Source: Piromyces finnis finn | Lineage: Eukaryota; Fungi; Neocallimastigomycota | Assembly (NCBI GenBank): GCA_002104945.1 | Contig: MCFH01000004.1 | Location: 744,001 to 808,000, forward strand | Length of the DNA stretch: 64,000 bases | Direction: 5' to 3' | In this document: positions 1 to 19,076 of the stretch, piece after piece | Numbering within the stretch: position 1 is the stretch's first letter | Layout of the letters: each line of letters opens with the position of its first letter | Notes under the pieces: generated by a model | Database searches by the model: none | What the model saw: the letters and a program-made list of their open reading frames with translations, nothing else | What the model was told of the DNA's origin: nothing | Made by a program: the position numbers and the translations under genes

Positions 1-523
1 AACAAGCTAACAATAAATAGTTATAATAAGATGTTTTGAAATATGAAGTATGAAAGAGACATTATTTTCAAATAAAAATAAAAACCTAAAATACTTTATA
101 ATAAAATTTTAGGATTTTAAAGTAGAGGATTATATTTCAAGTAATAAAAATGATAATTTATAATCTTTTTTTATAGTTGTATACACTCTCTAAATCGATG
201 ACTATAATTTATCATTATAATTTCGATTAAAACATTATATATATATAAAAAAAAACAATTTTTTAAATTATCCTATATTATAAAATCATAATACTTTGTA
301 CTTTGTTCTGCAATCTGAAATTTAAAAATAATTATTTAATAATGAATGAATGAATACTTTTTTACTTTTAAATGTTTTCTATTTTTTTTTATTGAAAGTT
401 ACAATTATTAAAGTTAATTTTATTATTTTATGAAATCTTAAAGATTTAACAAAGTAAAGATATATTATAATAATCTAAATTAATTATTTTTTATCTATAA
501 TTTTCATTACTAACATTATTTAG

Positions 524-2343
524 GAACATATTGAAAGCCATAATTCATTCTTTGATGATCTTATTGGTTTAATTCCAGCTTCACACTACTTACCAAAGGC
601 TGAATCTGAAATTGAAGTAAATTGCTTTTAAATATATCTCTTTAAATAATATGCAATTTCAATAATTAATAATTTAATTTATTTACAAATTTAATATAAA
701 TTAAAATAAAATTTTATATTATTTGGTGCTTATCATAATAAACAAAAAGAATGATAAATATTATCACAACACTAAGAAACAAGTTACTTCTACAAAGCTT
801 AATGCTAAGGAAATTAGAAAGAATAAGAAGGCAAAGGTATATTGATATAATTATTTAGAAATGTTTATTTTTTTTTCTTTGTTAAAAATCAAACATTTAT
901 TAAAATATTAATATTTTATATAAACTTATTTGTTATAAAGTTTGACCCAAATAATGTAAAGAGTGTTCAAACTTTACAAGAAGAAAAGAAAATGAAGGAA
1001 GAAGAAGAAGCCGAAGAAGAAGATACTAGCATGAATATGGGTAAAATATATATAAGTATATTTCATAAAACAGCTATTTTTTCTTTGAAATACTAATGAA
1101 TAATTTGCTATTATTTATTTTTATTATTATAATGGTGTTAAATTAAAAATTAAAAACAAACAATAAATAATAAAATTAATTATATAAAAAAAATGGTGAT
1201 GATATTTAATCCATTTTCTTATAATTTATCAAGTTCAAGAAGTTGATATTAAGGACTTAAAGCCAATGTCTAAAACTTCTAGTATTACTGAATTACAAGA
1301 AAGATTAAAGAAGAGTATTGATGATTTAAGAGCAAAGAGAAAGGCACAAAACAATAATTCTATACATAGTAGAGATGAATTATTAAAGAAACGTTTAAAG
1401 CGTAAACATGATAGAAAAGAACAAATTCAAAAGAAGAAAGAAAAGAGAAGAAAGACTAACGATATGGTTGGTATGGACCTTCCAGAAACTCAAGCTTCTA
1501 AAGTAAGTTTATTAGGAAAAAAAATTTAATTATTATTAAAGAATAAGTAACTAGCAATCACAATAGAAAGATGAATCATACATACATTTCAATGTATTTT
1601 AAAAGTATTAATTTGGGTATACTAATCTATTCATTATTTATAATTATATAAATATTTTTTTAATAAAATAATAAAAGGATAATAAGAGTGCTGGTGCTAA
1701 GGAAGTTGAAGAAAATGTATCCTTTGGTAAGATTGTCTTTAATGAAGAATTGGTTCAAAAGAAGAAGAAGGGTCCAACTGATACTTTAGGTCGCTTAAAG
1801 CAAGTTGAAGCCAACAAAGAAAAACTTGAAAAATTGAAATCTGTTGATAAGGAAAAGGCTGAAGCCCTTGAAGAAAAGATTCAATGGAATAAGGCAATGA
1901 AACTTGTAGAAGGTGAAAAGATTAAGGATGATCCAAAACTTTTAAAGAAGACCTTAAAGCGTGAACAAAAATTAAAGGAAAGAAGTACCAAGAAATGGTA
2001 AATAATGGATTTTTTCTTACTTTTTTTTTTTTTTTTTAAAAAAATAGTCATGTAAACGTTTAGTGTATTAACGTTTTTTTTTTTTAAAAATAGGAATGAT
2101 CGTCAAAAGACTGTTGCAAGACAAATGAAAGAAAAGCAAAAGAAGAGAGAAGAAAATATTAAGAATAGAATGAACAATAAAGGAAAGGGTAGCAAGGGTG
2201 TAAGTAGAAGAGTATTTTTTTTAAAGTATAGTCATTTTTCTTTATCCTCTTTATATAATTTTTAATTTTATATAATTATAATTGTATACTTTTAATAGAA
2301 AAAGAGACATGGTCTTGAAGGTTCTGGCTTAAAAAGAAAATAA
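524..2343 (+). CDS. RRP14: Rrp14/SURF6 nucleolar 60S biogenesis protein (multi-exon; first exon/start codon upstream of 524 not resolved)
   Basis: Exon 524-616 after a TACTAAC..TAG acceptor encodes EHIESHNSFFDDLIGLIPASHYL (Rrp14 N-terminal motif). Later exons encode KKAKFDP, LQERLKKSIDDLRAKRK, WNKAMKLVEGEKIKDDPKLLKKTLKR..KKW and a terminal KKRHGLEG..RK*, matching SURF6 domain motifs. All joins are GT-AG. Confidence 0.88.
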
Positions 2344-5300
2344 ATGAAAAAAATTCTTTAACCATATAATTTATATTCCCCACACATAAAAATTTCTGTT
2401 TTTTATAATATATATATACATATACTTTTCATTTAATTTAACCTAAATAGAAATAATTAATTCTCACCACTCATTGTTATTTTATTTATTTATTTATTTA
2501 TTATTTTTTCTCAAAAAAAAAAAAAAAAAAAAAAAAAATGGAGTCAAGCATAGTATATATATCTATATAATATATAATGTAAATATTTTTAAGTTTTGAA
2601 AATATTTATACCACAAAAAATTCCAACATAGTTTTTTTTTTTAATTTATATTCCTAGAATTTTTAAGAAATATATAAATATATATAATATGTATTTTTTT
2701 TTTTTTTTTTATTTTCCTTTTTAATATTATTTATATCTTGTATTTTTTTTTATTTTTATTTTACTATATCACACTTGAAATTTAATACAATATCTAAATA
2801 AATAATAAATAATATAGATTAAATATATATAAAAGATTATCGTGTCGTTGTTTGTGTAAATAGTATGTAGTAATGATGGTAAATTTATGGAGTAAATTAA
2901 TTTTTAATATAAGAAATAAAGGTTAATAGATGTCAAATATCTAAATGCCTATTACCTATGGATTTTTTATTTAATATAAAAAAGGGTATACATAGAATAT
3001 TCTTGAAAAGGCTATTTACTCGAATTCTATTGAATTTCTATAATATATTCAATTTTTTTTTTTTTTTTTTATTTTATAGGTCTACATACTAAAATACATC
3101 AAAAAAAAAAAAAAAAAAAAAAAAGAATAATCAAATCTTTTAATATAAACTTTAAAAAATTTCATTCACTTTTTAAAATATATGAAATTGAAATTATACA
3201 TCATGTGATAATCATATGTTATATATGATACTAGTCCATTTATTAAAGTTATTACCCTACTTGGCATGATCAATTTTTTTAAAATGATTGAATAAAGGAA
3301 TATTTTAAAATTTATATTAGATAAGTTGACTTTTTTTTAAAGTATTTCTAAATAACTTTATGTTTTAACATATACTTTTATTACTTTTATTATTTTCTTA
3401 TTCATAAAGCATTTGCTCAACTTTATATTAAAAATTGTTTTTAATTTTTTTTCTTTTTTTTTTCTTGGTACTGAAACTAATCCGTCTTTATAATAAAATC
3501 TTGGCTTTTTTGTATTCATTTTTTTTTTATAAATTTAAATTTAAAATTTCATTACATTGTTCGATACATTATCCAATATAATCTACATAATGTAAATAAA
3601 ACTCCATAATTTCAATACATTTATTTTGATTCTCAAGCCACATAATATTAGTTATTTCAGGAATAACTTTTTCAAGGAAAAATTAGACTATATAGTCTAA
3701 TCTTTATAATTAATTAAAACTAAGTAATAATTATTCAATATTCAATATATTAGAGTATAATGCGATATATTGTTTTATATATTTTCAATACTACTTTTAC
3801 TCTATCTGTAAAAAAGCTTAATTTTTCTTGTATCACTAAAAAATAAAATGAGGATTTTAAATATTTAATAAGAAATTTATTATCATGTATAATAGAATAT
3901 AAATATAATATATAAAATAATATAAATAAATATAAATATTATTCTTTTATTAAAAATAAATGTGGATAATATTGAAAAACAAGTATTATTTTAAAAAAAA
4001 GTAAACATAGAAGATGTGTTTAAAGAATGACTATTAAATAAAAAATCAGTAAAACTGCAATGATATTGTGTAATTCATTCTATAAGGCTTATAAATGTTG
4101 TATTATAAAGATGAAACTTTTATAATTGTACATACAACTTTTTAAACCATTATACACATATCAAAGGAATGATAAATATAATTTAAAATAGTTTCCAATT
4201 ATCATTATAAATTATAACTATTATTATTGAAATGTTTAAAGTTTCGATTGTTTTCTTTTATATAAACTTTATGCAGTTGAGCATGCGTAATTCACATTTA
4301 ATACTTGTTAGAATAAGAATTTCATTTAAAAAGATAAAATTAAATGATATTTTCTTTTTTTATTAAATTCAATTTCCAATTTCATTTGAGATACTATTCA
4401 AATAAACCATGAATAGAAAAGATTATTTATAATCAACACTACCACTTTCTTTTTTTTTTTTTTTTTACCTTACTAAAAGTGGTTCTATTCCTTTTTTTTT
4501 TTTTCTTTAATAAATAATTAAACTAGGAATAATATATTTTTTAATATATATTAATTTTGAGTAAGATTGAAAATTTGAATAAATGCCAATATTTTTCAAA
4601 ACCTCCTAAATATTAATTAATATATTATAATATATTAATTAATCATTAATAATAAATGAATAAATAAATAATTTTATTCATCCTAATTAATATCATGCCA
4701 ATATTTTTAAAAAAAGATAAATAAAAAAAAAAAGTAAACTATAAATAAAACAAAAAAATTCTTTTTTTTTTTTCAATACTTTTATGCTCTATTCATTTAT
4801 GATAAACTAAATAATTTTAAAGTATTCATCTTTAGATGTATAAAAGATGTTTAAAAAAGATTAATACAAACAAAAAAAATATTTAATGCTTGTTTATACG
4901 GATAAGCTCCAAAATCTTTAAAATATCTAAACAAACAACCAAATAAAAAAAAAAAAAAGGAATAAAACATTTTATTAAAGAAATAGTTTAAAATCATAAT
5001 AACTAAATTATAATTATAAAATATAAAATGTTAGTATGATAAGTATTTCAAAAAATATAGTAGAATAAGAATAAAATAATCAACTTTTATAATTATATAT
5101 ATTAATAAATTTATTTCATAAAGTATTCCAAATACTTATTAAATATAAGTTGTATTTTGAATATATATTTTTAAGAGAATCATTGAGTAAAATTTAAAAG
5201 GTTTCTTTATAATATAATATATAAATAACTTACTATCATACACTTTCAATAGCAATAAACGAATAGAAGAAAAAAATTAGTAATTAATAATTACTCTTAT

Positions 5301-5436
5301 ATTTAATATATACTATCTTTACGCCTGACATTAATATTTTAAAGTTTCCTTTCCTTTTTTTTAAAAAAAAAATACTTTTTGTTTTAAACGTTTTTAATTA
5401 AAAAATATTAAAAAAATTAATAACTTCAAGTTTAAA

Positions 5437-6072
5437 ATGAGATTTAATACAATAAATAAACTCAATATTAAAAGCTATCTATTATGTTTTGTATATATCC
5501 TTATTACCAAAATAACGCTATCAAGAAAAATCATATTAATACAAAATGCTGAATCAGACCAAAATAGTAATACTTCATTAAGTATAACAGGTGAAGCTAG
5601 AAGCATCTGTTTAAACGAGTTAATCGAAAATAATGAGGAACTTAAGCCTCAAATTATTTATGCTCAAAATCCTAATGGTGATTTATATACCCCTTTGCCA
5701 TATCAAACAGTAAGTTATATTGCCTCTAAACAAAATATTAAAATTGTTGATTCTTTTAAGGAAAGACAGCAAGCAAAGTTGGCTTCAACAATAGAAAACT
5801 TATCAGATGAAATAAATACTATATTACTTTGTTGGAATCGTTACCAAATTGAATTGCTAGTAAGAACTTTAGGTATTGATGAACCACCTATTTGGAATGA
5901 TGGTTATGATAATTTATGGATTGTAGAAAACAATACTTTAAATGATACAACTCAAAATTTAGGCAGTTGTATTGAAAAAGTAAAAGTTGACCTTTATAGC
6001 GGTATTACTGAAAAAAAGAATTCTATTCATATATACCTATTATCTATACTTGCCATATTTTTTTTATTATAA
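5437..6072 (+). CDS. Secreted, probably GPI-anchored histidine-phosphatase/phosphoglycerate-mutase-fold protein with degenerate active site
   Basis: Intronless 211-aa ORF with an N-terminal hydrophobic signal and a C-terminal hydrophobic tail. Blocks IILIQNAE, LSITGEARSICL, IIYAQNP, PYQTV, ILLCWNR and YDNLW are collinear with the small secreted fungal His-phosphatase family (YLIRHGE, LSAQGLQRAQCL, IMAQTP, RPYETV, ILICWEH, FDIIW). Confidence 0.68.
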   Translation: MRFNTINKLNIKSYLLCFVYILITKITLSRKIILIQNAESDQNSNTSLSITGEARSICLNELIENNEELKPQIIYAQNPNGDLYTPLPYQTVSYIASKQNIKIVDSFKERQQAKLASTIENLSDEINTILLCWNRYQIELLVRTLGIDEPPIWNDGYDNLWIVENNTLNDTTQNLGSCIEKVKVDLYSGITEKKNSIHIYLLSILAIFFLL

Positions 6073-7496
6073 ATAACAATGATAAAAAAAAAAAAGGTAT
6101 GGGAAAAAACAAAGTATATTAGAAAGGAAAATAACCGTAGTAATCCTTTCTGTGAATAAAAAAAAAAAGTCAAATTAAGAATATATCAGTTTTATATCAA
6201 TTCTGAAATGTAACCTATTTAAAAGTTAATATATATATATAGTATATTTCTAAATATAATCCAATAACTTTTAAATAATTAATTACTTCTAAGGATATAT
6301 ACCCGCAATATAAAATAATAATATTGTATTAAAATCAATTAATAATGATATATCAGTCATTTTTATACATGAATATTAATACAACAATAATAACAACAAA
6401 AAGTAACAAGATAATAAATATTATTAACGTAAAAAAAAAAGTAATTAGTTATTAAACATAAATATTACTTTTAATAGTATCATTTAATATTAATTGACCT
6501 ATCTATAATTAAATCCTTGTTTAAAGGAAAAATTAATATTTATTTGGAAAGACATATTTACTTTTTATATATATAATTTATCATAGAACTAATAATATTT
6601 TAAGTTTTTAAATTAATGCAAATAAAAAACTATAATTTTTTTTTTAAAACTAGTTAGTAAAAAATGTACTATATTTTATTTTTTAAACAATCATTTTTAA
6701 TAAATACACTATAATTACTTTTAATCGTTATATATAACATATAAATAAATATATATAAATATATATATTATGTTTTTAAATTCAATTTAAACTTTTTTCT
6801 TTTTTTCCAAAAAAGAAAAATAATATTTTATCAAATAAAGAATTCATAACTATTAATAAAATGAAACAAATATTTTTTTTTTCATATTGTATTTATGTAT
6901 TATTATGAAATGATGCTTTATAAAAAACCCTCGATTTTTATAGAATTTATATATCAATATTTTAGATGCAATAAAAAAAAAATGTTCCTAAAAGAAGGCA
7001 GATGAATATAAAATTTTTATTTGTGAAATTCTTTGTATACATTGTTTGTCATTATTCTTTTCTTCATAGCATTTTTAATTTTTTTTTTGGCCAATGAAAT
7101 ATCAAGATCCTATTTTTTTTTTTTTTATAATAATTTTAAAGATTTTTTAATTTATATCATTATATATTTTATCAAATTGGCAAAAGAAAAAAGTTGAAAA
7201 AAGTATAATGTGGAATTAATATTTTTATCTTTAAAAAGAAAGGAAAAAAAAAAAAAAAATAGGAAAAAAGACCGAGATATATATAAAATATATTTAAAAA
7301 ACATTATTTTGTAAAAAAAAACTAAGGAAAAGAAAAACAAATAATAAATAAATAAAAAAAAATAGAGCTATTTATTCGTTTTTCATTTTATACTTAAAAA
7401 TAGTTAAAGTTTTGTTAAAAGGTTTTTTACTTAGTAAGAGTCAAGAGTCAATAGATAAAGTAACAATTAGAAAGAAAGAAGAGATTATTAACAATA

Positions 7497-9127
7497 ATGT
7501 CATCTATAGCTCTTTCAAATACCTCTGTAATACGAAGAAAAACATCTTTTTATCATTTACCTAATGAATTAGTCTGTAAAGTATTTGAATATACAAATGA
7601 ACTCACATTACTTTTCACTTGTAAACGTTATTATTATTTGGTAAACATAGGACCTAAACATTAAAGGGTTTTTTTTATTTGTTTATTATTATTTTTCCAA
7701 AAAAAAAAAACTTTAGGATATAATGAAATTTTTAAAATTAGGAATTATTATTATTATATATTACAAATAAAATTCGAAATTCGAAATTTTTAGATTTGAA
7801 ATTATTTTATTAATTATAATCCCTTTTTCTTTTCTTTTCTTTCTTTTTTTTTTTTAATATATTCATTGTTTATTCAATAGTGGAAATATAGTTCCCTTAT
7901 GAAAGCACTTTATCTCTATCAAAACTCGAATAAAGACGATAAAAAGCAGAATTTCACATTTCAATCCATTCTTAAATACAATTTTTTAAATGAGCAAGTA
8001 GTTGAAATATTAGAACGTTGGTTCCTCAGTAAATATAGTTGGAATGATATGAAAAATATTTATTCAACATGTCATTTACCAAAGTAAATATTCTTTATAA
8101 TGAAAGAATTAATAATAATTATATAAAAGTGTTATAGGAATAAATGATAATATAATAATAATAATAATAATAGTAATAATAATTAATATAAAATATTCAT
8201 AAAAATTCAAATTTTAATTATTCCATCTCATTATATATTAGATGGTTATTGAAAAAACCTTCCTTAAATTTTATCAAATTTTTAATGGATAAAGGTGTAT
8301 CTTCTTCAGAACCAGCAAATAGACCTTTAATTTTAGCATGTAGTAAGTAACTTTTTTATAAAATATTTAAATTTTTTAAAAATTTGAAATTTCAATAAAT
8401 TTTAAATATAATATATGTATATTATATATATAAATATATATATATTTAATAGAAAAGCACAATGTGGAATTAGTAAAAATGTTATTAGCAGGTACATTAT
8501 CACAATATATATACAAATGATATAAATAAAATTATTTTAAAGATTTCAAAAACAAAAATAATAATGATAAAAAAAAAAAAAACTTTTAAATCTATTAATA
8601 TAGTTGGTGTAAATCCTCGACAATACAATGATGGACCATTACTAGTTGCAACAAAGTAATTTTATAATCAGAATTTTTTTTTTTTTTTTATTTAGTTTTC
8701 TATATTTGACTGTAGTTAAATTTTTTCATTGCATTAATTCAATCATAAATATATATATATAATGTATATATGTATATATTATTGTTTTTATTAATACAAT
8801 ATAGAAAAAAATATAATGATATAGTACTTTTACTTCTTCAGCATTACACCAATACGAAAGCTTCGAAAGATGGTATTAATAATGCACTTAATATTGCTAT
8901 AAGACAAAAAAATAAAGCATTGGTTTCCATTTTTGTTAAATATGGAGGTAATATATTTAATATATATATTTCAAAGTTGTTTATTAATAATGATATATCT
9001 AAATCTCTTACCATAATTTTAAATATGTTCTACTTTATATTTTCAACCCTTTAATTTTCATTTATTAAAATATATATATATATATATAGGTATACCAAAA
9101 ATAGAACTATTGAAAAAAATGAGATGA
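7497..9127 (+). CDS. F-box-like plus ankyrin-repeat protein (about 7 exons)
   Basis: Exon 1 encodes FYHLPNELVCKVFEYTNELTLLFTCKRYY (F-box-like LP.E...IF...L..TCK). Later exons encode ankyrin-like units RPLILACK..HNVELVKMLLA, GPLLVATK..YNDIVLLLL and NALNIAIRQKNKALVSIFVKYG. Stop TGA at 9125-9127. Confidence 0.7.
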
Positions 9128-9874
9128 TTCCTGATAAATATTCATGTTCTAACTTTTAACTGAAATATATATATATATATATGTATATATATGTATTAAC
9201 ATAAATATACTTTATAAAAAAAAAAAAAACTATTTATACCAGACAATATATACTATATACTATCACTTAATAGTTTTATCTATCTTTTATATATTTATTA
9301 TTCATTAATATATTTATTTATTCTAAAGTTATATTTCAAATTTAAAACAATTAAAAAATTAATATAGAAATCATCAATAAAATACTAAGTAATAACAATA
9401 ATAGCAATGATAATAATAATAGAAATAGAAATACCTGTTTAAAATACTATCCTTATTTTATTTTATTTTTTTTTTTTTATTATTATTACTTTTTAAAATT
9501 TTGTAAAGTCAATTTAATTTTTTTTTTATTTGATGTTTTATTATATTATATTTATTTATTTTAATAATAAATAGATTTTTTAAAAATAAAATATAAAAAT
9601 AAAAATAAAAAATAGAAATTAAAAATGAATAAAATATAAACATATAAATATATATATATATAATATATATACATAAAGTAGAATCATGACAACATAGGAT
9701 AGATGATCATTTCTTAAAGGAAAAAAAATAAAATAAGATATATTATAAAGGAAAATTAAATAATATAAAATATATAAATTATGAAATAGGTAAATTTATT
9801 TAAAAAGTTTTAAAGCTTTTTTTCTTTTTAAAGATTATTTTGGATTTTTAGAGAAAAAAAAAATAAAAGTTTAT

Positions 9875-14586
<4,712 letters not shown>

Positions 14587-14675
14587 TTTTAATTATTTAA
14601 TTTAATAAAAAGTATGAAAAAATTTAAATGGGAATATTTCTATATATAAATATATATAAATAACTAAAAAAGAAA

Positions 14676-14685
14676 GGCGGGGAAA
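14676..14685. promoter_or_regulatory. GC-box / E2F-like site GGCGGGGAAA about 90 bp upstream of the MCM5 ATG
   Basis: Only GC-rich motif in a very AT-rich promoter. It differs from the E2F-type GGCGGGAAA by one extra G. Confidence 0.3.
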
Positions 14686-14740
14686 AAAAGATAGCAAAAG
14701 AAAAATAATTTCGAAATTGAAATTTCTTTAATTATTATTC

Positions 14741-14773
<33 letters not shown>

Positions 14774-15880
14774 ATGGAAAATATATAAAAAATTTTTAAA
14801 AAATGATTCATTGATGATTATACAGAAAATTTTTTTAAAAAAAAAAAGATATTTTTTAAAATAAAAAAATTAAAAATTTTAAATAAAAAACATATTTTAT
14901 TCACATTTTTATAAAGGAATAGAGTACGATTATAATATTTACAATTTCTTTTTATATTTATTATTTGTCAAAAAAAGATTAACAAAAGAAATTCATAAAA
15001 TGACATATTTCTTTTCATTACTAAAACAGTTTAAATATCAAATAATTCTAATGTACTAATAAATAATATTAATTTTTATTATTTATTGTCTATATATAAA
15101 TTTTTAAAAAGCCTAATCATAACTAATTACTATTTTTTAATATTATAATTTATACATTTATAAATATTTTAAAATAGTTTTTTCATCGAACTTTAAAAAA
15201 AAAAAAAACTGGTTTTTTTAATGCTTTTTTTTTTTTTATTATAATTTACATATTTATATACTATTCATTAGACGAATTTTTAATTGATTTTGTGTAACAT
15301 AATATTAAAAAGAAAAAGAAAAATTTTAAGGTCTCTACATTACTTCCTATTTTATAATAATGAATAAAACAAAATTTATATGTATTTACTTTTAATAAAT
15401 ATAATATTAAAATGTCACCTTCAGCACAACAATTTCCAATTTTATTATTATTATTATTATTATTTATTTATCCATAAATCATCCACTAACAATAATTTCA
15501 AAAAAGTTTATATTTGATAAAATACTTTTGGTTGATTGGAATAATATAAAAATAATATTTTTTGTATATTTATCTTTTTTATTTTTTAATTTTACTTTTT
15601 TTTTTTTTTAAATAATATAAAAATCAAGAGTAATTAAAAAGTTGAGTATAGTATTGAGTTAATAGCATTATTATTATTATTATTATCACTTATTAATTTA
15701 TTTTAAAGGTATGGCATGGCTAAATACATCAACCAATTTTTATTTATATTTATTTAAAATCAAAAAGAATTTAAGAAAAGGATAAAGGGTTGGATAATAG
15801 ATTTTCTTTTTTTTTTTTTTTTTATTATTATTAGTGTCTATGTGCAAATAGTATATCTATCTATTTTTTTTATTATTATT

Positions 15881-18386
15881 TTACAATAATGGGGAAGAAA
15901 TATTTGTTTGTTTCTTTTCTTTTTCATCGTACTCAGTTTTAGTTATAATAGATTTCATGATATGATATATTAAGAAACGATTTTGCCTAGATTAAATTAA
16001 AAGAAAAAAAAAATAGTTAATAATTTCACTATAGATATTAAAATTTATTTTTAAAAAAATATTATTATTAAAAAAAAAAAAAACGAGAGTTTTAATCTGA
16101 AATTTACCAGTAAGAGGTGTGAGCACCTAATGCAGCAACATAACTACCCTTAATGACATCGGAAATATTTTCTTGTAAAACATAATCTACTCTATATTTT
16201 AATAAAGGGTGATTATTAATAGCAATTCTACCATCAGGTAATTGAGTACTTTCAATTTCATTTCCATTTGAGGATTTGGACTCTGAATTTCCTAAACTTT
16301 TCTTCCTTGATTCACTTGAACTACTATTGGATTTAAAACTTGGGAAACATTTTATTGTCATTTTCTTTTGTTTTGTATTATTTGTTTCAGAGGTATCATT
16401 AGCTGATATGGAATGATTTGAATTTTGATTGAATCCTGGTATATTATTATTTTCTTGTGATATATTATTATTAGAGACGTCAAAAGAAAGGCTATTTATT
16501 GAAGACGATTGTGGAGAACGAAGAGTTGAATCGTTATTATTACTACCACTATTACTACTACCATTACTACTATCATCATTATTATGGTCATTATCATTAT
16601 TATTTTGAGAGAAGAAACGGCTCATTTTGTTTAATAGGCCATCACTATTTTTTTTTGGTGATTTACTTACAGGTTCTGTTTCATGAACTTGACTAGCATT
16701 TTCTAATGCATCAACCTTTGATGAAGTAGGAGCAATGGTAATTGTAGTATCGGTAATCTTAGGACTTGAAAGTGTGGAATTTAATATGTCTTTTGGACCT
16801 TGGTATGAAATAAATGAATTTTCAGTTTTTATTACAGGGGATGGTGTACATTTTTTGACTTGTTCGATATTTTCATTCTTGGGAGATGAGCAACGATGAG
16901 GTTGAAATTTATTTATTTCTTCACTATCTTTAGAAATCTCATTATCAGATGAGATTGATGACGATTCAGTTACTTTATCATTTTCGTTGTGTTTATTTAA
17001 TTTAGATGGGGAATTTAATGATGAAACAGAAAAGGAAGGTGAAGATGCTGACAATAAATCATTGGGATATGTATCATCATAGGAATGTGTAGATTTTGGA
17101 GAAAATACGATATTTTCAGTGTAAAAATTATTTGTATCTTTTTGATCTATTTCAGTAGAATCTGGACTTACAGATGTTTTTTCTAGAACCAGTCCTTTTT
17201 GTTCAGAATTACTTTTAATTTTAGTGGGACTTGTTGACAAACTGTGATTTAATTTATTGGAAAAGCGTTCACGAAGATTAGTAAAAAGTGATGAGGTATT
17301 AGATCCAGCACTGCGTGAATTAATTTGATTTGAGTTTTCATAATCGACATTACTATTATTGATATTTATATTCTTTATACAAACTGGTTTTACATATTGT
17401 AAATCTTCATCAACCATTGGCTCATAACGATAAGCAAATGGATCGGTTCGATTATAGATATTTTGGAATACAATATGTTCTGGTAAATGATAATTTTGAT
17501 AATACTGACAACGCATAATCATAGCTGCACTTATGGAAGAACCGCAAACATAAAAAAATTCTGGATAAAAATTAATGGATGGAAAAATGACTTCCCCATT
17601 ACCAAAATAAAGCTTTCTTTCAACTCTCTCTTCAGAATAATTCATATTATCAAGATTGTCTGTATCAGCGCAATGGAAGTTTGTTGCATTGGTTTGATCT
17701 TGATCATTATTATTAATATGAATTAATTCATTTTCAGAAAATAGCTCTTCTGTTTCTGAAAAGCAAGTATCATTTATACTACATGAAGTATTTGTGTCTT
17801 TTATTTTTTCCTCAGTTTTATTATACTCCTTATATTTTTCTAATTTTTTAAAGTCCTGATTAACTAATATATCATAAAGAATAACACCTCCTAGAGAATG
17901 ACCAAAAAGAATTACTTTTCCTTTAAAATCAGGATGCTGACTTTTATATTCATTGTATGCATTATTCATTAATTCTACTACAGCTGATATAATTCTTTGA
18001 CCATGATATGATGTAAACTATTATAAATGAAATTTTATATATATTTTATATTATAATAATATGAATTAATATAACTAATGTACATGACGTTTTCTATTTT
18101 ACAAATGTATATGTATATATATTTATATATCATTTTTTTCCTACATAGAATAGAACATCACCCATAAAATTACTTGTCATTGAACGAATTGCTTGACATG
18201 AATTTAAAGTAATGGCATTAAAACGTCTAATTAAAATTTCAAAAATTAAATATTAAATATATAAATATATATGCATCATCATATTTATTATGAAATATTT
18301 ATATTCATTATATATTAATAAAATAAATGAGTAAATGTAAAAATATATAAATTAATTAAAATACATTATATATACATATTATTTAA

Positions 18387-18420
<34 letters not shown>

Positions 18421-19076
18421 GGTTCTTACTTATCTACAGTATTTAGGTCATGTAATTCATCATGCCATCCTATAGAATAAAAAAAATTATAAATTAATTT
18501 ATATTATTGTATATTATTGTATATAAAAACTTTAAAAGGGTCTATTTATATTTTTCTTTAAAAATATTAATTATTTTTTAAACTATAATTACTGATAGCA
18601 ATAAAATGGACAGTATATTTTTCACCATATTCTGCTTTTATATATTCTTTAGCATATTCTTCAAACTGTCTTACTGTTGTATTTTAATATCATTGATGTT
18701 AATGATAGAGAAATATAAATTAATATGTAACATATTATTAAAAGTTTTTTTTTTTTTATTTTAAAAAATATAAAGAAAAAATATTAATATATATCATAAT
18801 TTCCAGTTACCTTTTTTATAATGTCTTTTTGCTTCTCCAACTCCGTGAACAACAAAAACAAGAAAATCAACAGCTTCTATTTCATTATATTAATTATACA
18901 GAAATTTTATTAAGTATTTTATATAAAATTTCCATACTACAATATATTATATATATATTGTATATATTTTTAAAAAAAATTTCTCAATGTTTACCTTCTT
19001 TTGAATTAACTTCTTTAGTTTCTTGGCTTTGATTTTTACTTATTTTATTTATTATACTAGATTTTAAACTAGTCAT
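15881..19076 (-). CDS. DDHD-domain intracellular phospholipase A1 (DDHD1/2, yeast Ddl1 family)
   Basis: Spliced exons give FLVFVVHGVG, FIAI-IGWH, MTSNFMGDVLFY, lipase nucleophile motif GHSLG, NIYNRTDPFAYRYEP, YRVDYVLQE and AHTSYW. The last exon ends at TAA 15881-15883. Confidence 0.9.

Noticed and set aside
3200-3270. Possible C/D snoRNA (ATCATG/CATGAT terminal stem, GTGATAA box-C-like)
   Set aside because: There is no CTGA box D and box C is imperfect.
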